Position numbers and translations under genes: made by a program
Notes under the pieces: generated by a model
What the model was told of the DNA's origin: nothing
Databases searched by the model: none
What the model saw: only the letters and a program-made list of their open reading frames with translations
Assembly: GCA_934141605.1 (NCBI GenBank)
Contig: CAKPCL010000001.1
Coordinates: 90,730 to 154,729 of the forward strand
Reading direction: 5' to 3'
DNA from: an uncultured Clostridia bacterium
Lineage (GTDB): Bacteria > Bacillota > Clostridia > TANB77 > CAG-508
DNA: 64,000 nucleotides
Shown here: positions 58,662 to 64,000 of the stretch, piece by piece
Layout of the letters: the number at the start of each line of letters is the position of its first letter
Numbering within the stretch: position 1 is the stretch's first letter

Positions 58662-59216
58662 TTATTTTTCTGATTTAATTTCTGCTTTTTCTTGATTTTC
58701 TTGTTTTTCTTTGTCTTCTACTTTTTCTATTATTTCTTCTATTATTGCTTGTACTTTTTCTTGTGCTTCTTCATCTTTGTTTTGGTCATTGTTTTCTTCT
58801 TTTTCTGTTGCTTTTTCTTCTTGTTTTTTCTCTTCTGTTTCTTCTGTTTTTTCTGTGTTTTTAGTTTCTTCTTGTTTTGTTTCTATTTCTTTTTTGCCTA
58901 TTTTTCTTGCGTCATTTTTTATATTTAGAATAGGAATATTTGCATATAAAGCTGGAGCACCATTTGTTCCGTCTTCGTTTTCTTTATTTGTTAGTCTTAC
59001 ATCTATTTCTTTTTCGTCTACTTCTATATATTTTTTTATTACATCTATTATTTCTTGTTTCATTAATTCTAAAAAGTCTGCTGATACATTTGCTCTGTCT
59101 TGCATTAATACTAAATGTAGTCTTTCTTTTGCAGCGTCTTTTGAATTTTCTTGTGTTTGTTTTTTGTCTTCTTTTTTTCCTATATTTTTAAAGAATTGTA
59201 TTATATTTTCAAACAT
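58662..59216 (-). CDS. minE: Cell division topological specificity factor MinE with a long charged C-terminal extension
   Basis: N-terminal ~90 aa MinE-like (SKDAAKERLHLVLMQDR); C-terminal ~90 aa E/K-rich low-complexity tail. Confidence 0.75.
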   Translation of the reverse strand: MFENIIQFFKNIGKKEDKKQTQENSKDAAKERLHLVLMQDRANVSADFLELMKQEIIDVIKKYIEVDEKEIDVRLTNKENEDGTNGAPALYANIPILNIKNDARKIGKKEIETKQEETKNTEKTEETEEKKQEEKATEKEENNDQNKDEEAQEKVQAIIEEIIEKVEDKEKQENQEKAEIKSEK

Positions 59217-59246
59217 TATTCCTACTCCTTCACTTGTTAATTGCTA

Positions 59247-60038
59247 TTATTTTTTAAATAATTTTTTAATTTTTGCCCAAAAGCCTTTTTCTCTACCAGG
59301 TATTGTTACTTCGATTTTTTCGCCTAGCACTCTTTTTGCTATTTCTATGTATGCTTTTCCAGATGGTGCTTTTTTGTTTTGTATTACTGGTTCTCCTTTA
59401 TTGGTTTGTGTTATTATATATTCGTCGTCTGGTACAACTCCTATTAGGTCTATTGATAATAGGTCTACTATGTCATCGACATCCATCATTTCACCTTTTC
59501 TAACCATGTTAGGTCTTATTCTGTTTATTACTAGTTCTGGATTTTTTATTTCTGATGATTCTAATAGTCCTATTATTCTATCGGCATCTCTTATTGCTGA
59601 TATTTCAGCAGTTGTTACTACTATTGCTCGGTCTGCTCCTGCAATAGCATTTTTAAATCCTTGTTCTATTCCTGCTGGGCAGTCTATAAGTATATAGTCA
59701 AATTCTTCTTTTAATTTATTTGTTAATTCTTTCATTTGTTCTTCATTTACAGCGCTTTTATCTCTTGTTTGTGCAGCTGGTAGTAAATATAATTCTTTAA
59801 ATCTTTTGTCTTTTATTAGTGCTTGTCTTAATTTACATTTTTCTTCAACAACATCTACTATGTCGTATACTATTCTATTTTCTAGTCCCATTACGACATC
59901 TAAATTTCTTAATCCTATATCTGTGTCTACTAAACATACTTTTTTTCCTTCTACTGCTAAACTTGAACCTAAATTTGCTGTTGTTGTTGTTTTTCCTACT
60001 CCGCCTTTTCCTGATGTTATAACTATTACTTCTCCCAT
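59247..60038 (-). CDS. minD: Septum site-determining ATPase MinD
   Basis: Deviant Walker A GKGGVGKTT; ATG at 60038 with RBS aaggagg. Confidence 0.95.
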   Translation of the reverse strand: MGEVIVITSGKGGVGKTTTTANLGSSLAVEGKKVCLVDTDIGLRNLDVVMGLENRIVYDIVDVVEEKCKLRQALIKDKRFKELYLLPAAQTRDKSAVNEEQMKELTNKLKEEFDYILIDCPAGIEQGFKNAIAGADRAIVVTTAEISAIRDADRIIGLLESSEIKNPELVINRIRPNMVRKGEMMDVDDIVDLLSIDLIGVVPDDEYIITQTNKGEPVIQNKKAPSGKAYIEIAKRVLGEKIEVTIPGREKGFWAKIKKLFKK

Positions 60039-60223
60039 AATTTTCCTCCTTAGGATTTTAAAAAACACTCATTTTTTATGTATATATAATACAACGAAAA
60101 GGGTTAAAAGTCAATTATTTTTACAGGAATATTTCAAAAATATTACAATTTTTTTACAAGTTTTATTGTTGTGTTTTTGATTTTAAAAAAGAATTAAGCT
60201 TTTACTTAATTCTTTTTGTTTTT

Positions 60224-62113
60224 CTAGTATAGTGCTGTACGGAAACCTAAATAGGAATCTGTCTGTTTATAATTAAAATTAGCACGAAATGACATTGTAT
60301 TATAATTATAGTAATGGTATAGACTGCCTCCTCTGGTTGAAGTTGGTGCTGTTATAGAAGAACTTTTTTCTAATGTCCACTCAAATTCATTTCCTGCCAA
60401 ATCATATATATTTAGTTTATTTGTTTGTTCTGATGCTCCGGTCGTTAATAGTTGTTGATAATTTCCATCATTTGATGTTTTTGAAGATATTACATAATTA
60501 GTTGTATCTATATTGTATTCTGTCCATTTTGTTGTGCTTCTTGGATTTGTATTATATTTTCCTCTAACTAAAGTTAAACTATTATTTCTATAATTTCCCC
60601 AACCTGTGCAACTTGATTTTATCTCTTTTTTTGTTAAATCTGAATTCTTTTCTAAGAATTTGCATGTTAAGTCCCATTGTATCCCAAATAACAAACTACT
60701 TGTCTTGTTTGTACCTGTATCAATTTCACTTGATAGCTTTTGTGCTTGACTACATGTAACATAATTATATGGTATTTGATTAACTTTACTTACTGCTGTT
60801 CCTGTTGTTCCGCTACTGCTTGTCCTTGTTGTGTTACTTGCTGTTGATGTGGCATCTCCTATTTCATATCTTGATATCCAAAATCCACAATTTGTATATA
60901 TGCTACTTAACATTGTTTTGTATGTCGTTTGATATTCATTATATGTCAATCCACACCCGTTATTTAATTTTTTTTGTGTCTCAGTTAATCCTGTTGTGCT
61001 TGCTGTTACTAAAGTACTACCATCAATAGCATACCATTCATCATTCCAATCGCACCCTTGCCCTTCCTTTCCTTCTCTATAATCTGTTGCATATGATATT
61101 AAATCAGCTTTTATATTATCATAATCATCTGCCTTTGTTGCTCTTACAAATACTGTTTTTGGTACTTCAACCCATACCCATTCATTATCATTTTTATCTT
61201 TTACAACAAGTCCATTCTCTATAATATTCATTGTAGGAGACATACTTACGCTAAAACCTTCTGGAATTGTTACTGTATCACCTTTTACATCTTTGTATTC
61301 AGTTTCTTTTGTATATGCTTCAGACCACTTTTCTTCATCAATTACTACATATTGAACTTTTCCTTCTGAATTTTTAAAATATCCTTTGTATGTGTTTACA
61401 CTTTTCAAAAATTCATATTCTTTTTGGCTATTATTTAAAGTAATTCCTGTTGGTATTTGTGTTATTTGTTCTGTCTGTTCTATCCATATATATTGATTTG
61501 TGTTATTTACATTTATTTTTTCATCTTGTGTATTTGATATTACTATAGTTCCATTAGTTTTTCCTATGTAATAATAACCATCTGGTATTAAAATTCCTTC
61601 AATATATCTTAAATCTATGGTAGTTTCGTCTGGTTCTGTATAATCTGTATAATATGTTTCAGTAGAAGTGTCATTTTGAATTTCTATTCCTTTTACATAG
61701 AATATATTATGGCTATTTTCATTGATTATATATAAATCTGTATAGTCATTAGCATTTTCTTTGTCTTTTTTTACTTTTTCATAGTCTTTTCCATAGTTTA
61801 ATGTGATTCCTTTCATTGCTTCTAAATCAATTACATAAAAATCACCCGTGTCATTTTTGCTACTTAATACTTCTGATATTGAATCTATATTTGTATATTT
61901 TATTTCTGCTGGTAATTTGCCATACTCATTATAATATGTTGATATTTTATCTCTTAATAATTCTAAGTCATTGTAAAAGTTTGTTAGTTTGTTAATGTTT
62001 AGACTACTTTGTGTATTATTAATCATTATGCCTGTTAATATTAATAATGTTATAACTGTTATTACTAATGCTGTCATCGTTATTCCTTTTTCTTGTCTTA
62101 ATTTAAACTTCAT
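60224..62113 (-). CDS. Prepilin-like-leader surface protein with C-terminal FGE-sulfatase (SUMF1-like) domain
   Basis: MKFKLRQEKG|ITMTALVITVITLLILTG leader (ATG 62113, RBS aaggaga); C-terminal YDLAGNEFEWT, RGGSL, GFRTALY motifs. Confidence 0.6.
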   Translation of the reverse strand: MKFKLRQEKGITMTALVITVITLLILTGIMINNTQSSLNINKLTNFYNDLELLRDKISTYYNEYGKLPAEIKYTNIDSISEVLSSKNDTGDFYVIDLEAMKGITLNYGKDYEKVKKDKENANDYTDLYIINENSHNIFYVKGIEIQNDTSTETYYTDYTEPDETTIDLRYIEGILIPDGYYYIGKTNGTIVISNTQDEKINVNNTNQYIWIEQTEQITQIPTGITLNNSQKEYEFLKSVNTYKGYFKNSEGKVQYVVIDEEKWSEAYTKETEYKDVKGDTVTIPEGFSVSMSPTMNIIENGLVVKDKNDNEWVWVEVPKTVFVRATKADDYDNIKADLISYATDYREGKEGQGCDWNDEWYAIDGSTLVTASTTGLTETQKKLNNGCGLTYNEYQTTYKTMLSSIYTNCGFWISRYEIGDATSTASNTTRTSSSGTTGTAVSKVNQIPYNYVTCSQAQKLSSEIDTGTNKTSSLLFGIQWDLTCKFLEKNSDLTKKEIKSSCTGWGNYRNNSLTLVRGKYNTNPRSTTKWTEYNIDTTNYVISSKTSNDGNYQQLLTTGASEQTNKLNIYDLAGNEFEWTLEKSSSITAPTSTRGGSLYHYYNYNTMSFRANFNYKQTDSYLGFRTALY

Positions 62114-62172
62114 CTTTTGATTCTCCTTTCGCTCCACTTGTTTTGTCGTATAATGCTAAATATAGTTTACTA

Positions 62173-62829
62173 TTAATTTATGTTATTTTCAAGTATTTTT
62201 TTGTAAATATCTTCTCTCTTTTTATATATTATGTCTTCTTTTAATACTAAATAGCATAAAAACATGTCTATTAAGAAAATTGAGATATTATGTATATATA
62301 ATATTAATATGCTTGATATTCCTGTTATTATTATTACCATTATTTTTGATATAATGTTTGTATATTTTTCTGATTTTCTTTTTCCGTAGATAATATGTAA
62401 TATTCCTTTTAAAATTCTTCCTCCGTCAAGCGGATAAATTGGTACTAAATTGAATATCATAATTAAAAAATTTGTGTAAATTATTAACATACTTTTTATA
62501 AAGTCTATTTTTAATTTACTTGCAATTAAAATTATTATAAAATTGGTGATTGGTCCTGCAGTTGCGACTATTATTTTTTTTATTTCTAAAAGATTTCCTT
62601 TGTGAATTTTTTTATTATATTCTTTAACATTTATTTTAAATGATATTGATAATCCAAATGGCATTATTTCTATTTTTTCTGGTTTCATTCCCATTAACAA
62701 TCCTGCTAATAAATGGCCTAGTTCATGTATTATGGCAAAAAGCATTATCATTGCGTATAATTCAATTTGCTTTGTAAAATAAAACAAAATTAAAAAAATG
62801 AATATTTTTAAATCTATTCTGAATCTCAT
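62173..62829 (-). CDS. M50 family site-2 protease (SpoIVFB-like, no CBS domain)
   Basis: HELGH zinc motif in a TM helix, LDGG motif, 5-6 TM segments. Confidence 0.8.
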   Translation of the reverse strand: MRFRIDLKIFIFLILFYFTKQIELYAMIMLFAIIHELGHLLAGLLMGMKPEKIEIMPFGLSISFKINVKEYNKKIHKGNLLEIKKIIVATAGPITNFIIILIASKLKIDFIKSMLIIYTNFLIMIFNLVPIYPLDGGRILKGILHIIYGKRKSEKYTNIISKIMVIIITGISSILILYIHNISIFLIDMFLCYLVLKEDIIYKKREDIYKKILENNIN

Positions 62830-62877
62830 ATTTGTTTTCCTTTTTTGTATTTAGGTTTTGTGGACACCTATAAACAT

Positions 62878-63861
62878 TTATAATTCTAGTATTTTTTCAG
62901 GGTCTATTTTTCTTTCTGAAATTCTTATTTCGAAGTGTAAGTGTGGTCCTGTGGAGTTTCCTGTCGAGCCTACTTCTGCTATTTCTTGTCCTTGTGTTAT
63001 TTGGTCTCCTTGTCGTACATATAAATTGTTACAATGTGCATAAATAATGCTTACTTCTCCTGTTTGTATTTTTAAGTGTTTTCCATAGTCGCCTTCTTCT
63101 GAGGCTAAAACTACTTCTCCTCCTGTAGCTGCTAATATTTTAGTACCCATATTTGTTGCTATGTCTACTCCTGTATGATTTTTTGGTACTGTGCTTGTTG
63201 TTGGTTCTCTTTGTCCAAATCTTGAGCTTATTGTTCCTTCTACTGGTTTTATGAAGGTTGTAGTTGCTTTAATATTTGCTATATCCTGTTCCTCTTGCGT
63301 TAGTTGTGGTTCTTCTTCGTTTTTTTCTTCATTTTTTTCTTTGTTTGTATCTTCAACTTGGCTTGTATTTTCTATTATATTTTCTTCCGCTCCTCCTATT
63401 GCGTTCTGATTAGCATTGTCTTCAGTAGTATTTTCCTCAGCTGTATTTCCTTCAACTGTGTTTTCTTCGGTGACATTTTCTTCGGTAGTGGTGTTAACTA
63501 CATTTTCAAAAATTCCTTCATTTTGCGTTTTCATTTGTTGAATTCCTTGTTCTATATTTTGTTTTATATCTTCATATATTTGTATAAAATTCATGTCATA
63601 CGATAATATTTCATCTGTTTTTTTTAGAAAATCCTCTGAAAATATGTAATTGTTATTTTGAATTGTATATATAACAATATAAATTAACAAACTAACTATT
63701 ATTTGCTTTATCATTTTTTTCAACAATTTTATATCTTTTTTATTATCGTTGCTCACTGTTACTGTTGCTGTTCTTTGCCCTGTTCTTTCTTGTCTCCTTG
63801 AGTATATTTCTTCCGCTCTTCTTATTTTTTCTTCTACTGACATTGTCCTTTCCATTTTCAC
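62878..63861 (-). CDS. Membrane-anchored M23 (LytM) family peptidase (SpoIVFA/SpoIIQ-like position upstream of the M50 gene)
   Basis: HTGVDIA and GSTGNSTGPHLHFEI motifs; N-terminal cytoplasmic segment plus TM; E/N/T-rich linker. Confidence 0.8.
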   Translation of the reverse strand: MKMERTMSVEEKIRRAEEIYSRRQERTGQRTATVTVSNDNKKDIKLLKKMIKQIIVSLLIYIVIYTIQNNNYIFSEDFLKKTDEILSYDMNFIQIYEDIKQNIEQGIQQMKTQNEGIFENVVNTTTEENVTEENTVEGNTAEENTTEDNANQNAIGGAEENIIENTSQVEDTNKEKNEEKNEEEPQLTQEEQDIANIKATTTFIKPVEGTISSRFGQREPTTSTVPKNHTGVDIATNMGTKILAATGGEVVLASEEGDYGKHLKIQTGEVSIIYAHCNNLYVRQGDQITQGQEIAEVGSTGNSTGPHLHFEIRISERKIDPEKILEL

Positions 63862-64000
63862 ACCTCTTTGTTTCTGTTGTTTTTTCTTTATAAACTATAT
63901 GAGGCTTGTTTTTATTTTATGAATTTAAAAAATTGTCAAAAGGTAATACCTATTGACAATTTAAAATATTAACATTATTGCTTGTATTATGCTTATTGCT

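Noticed and set aside
1-64000. CRISPR arrays, tRNA or rRNA genes
   Set aside because: No regularly spaced direct repeats with unique spacers were seen. No GC-rich cloverleaf-type segments or rRNA-like conserved blocks were seen in any intergenic region. The only repeats are the palindromic and hairpin families described.

Overview
This is a very AT-rich (roughly 25-30% GC) Clostridia-like chromosomal segment. Almost all genes are on the minus strand.

The housekeeping backbone is a two-component system, MscS, dnaG-sigA, adhE, ksgA/rsmA, yraN-dprA-yifB(comM), a SpoVD-like PBP, aspS, rarA, ruvA, minD-minE-rodA-dusB, and an M23/M50 pair like SpoIVFA/SpoIVFB. Two ECF sigma/anti-sigma pairs are also present.

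Accessory modules are interspersed between the housekeeping genes:
- three paralogous surface proteins with a prepilin-like N-terminal leader; two carry C-terminal FGE-sulfatase-like domains and one carries FN3 plus LamG domains;
- three Rpn-family (PD-(D/E)XK) nuclease paralogs;
- four small XRE regulators;
- two sortases with no LPXTG substrate nearby;
- an M15 endolysin-like hydrolase;
- an orphan MazF toxin;
- an operon encoding an amidoligase/GCS2-like ligase, an unknown coupled ORF and a Cys/His-rich prealbumin-fold protein. This operon sits next to tandem small membrane-protein genes whose promoter/operator module has been duplicated.

There are several families of structured intergenic repeats. 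One is a 29-bp GC-rich palindrome found in two clusters. One is a family of 23-bp-stem hairpins whose stem changes are compensated on the opposite arm. The third is a conserved palindromic hairpin upstream of Rpn genes.

Three genes carry apparent single-nucleotide frameshifts. A cyclic beta-1,2-glucan synthase homologue is split at an A6 tract, rodA is broken at a GGG run, and one TauE half is broken. These could be homopolymer sequencing errors or genuine decay or phase variation.

No rRNA, tRNA or CRISPR array was recognised.
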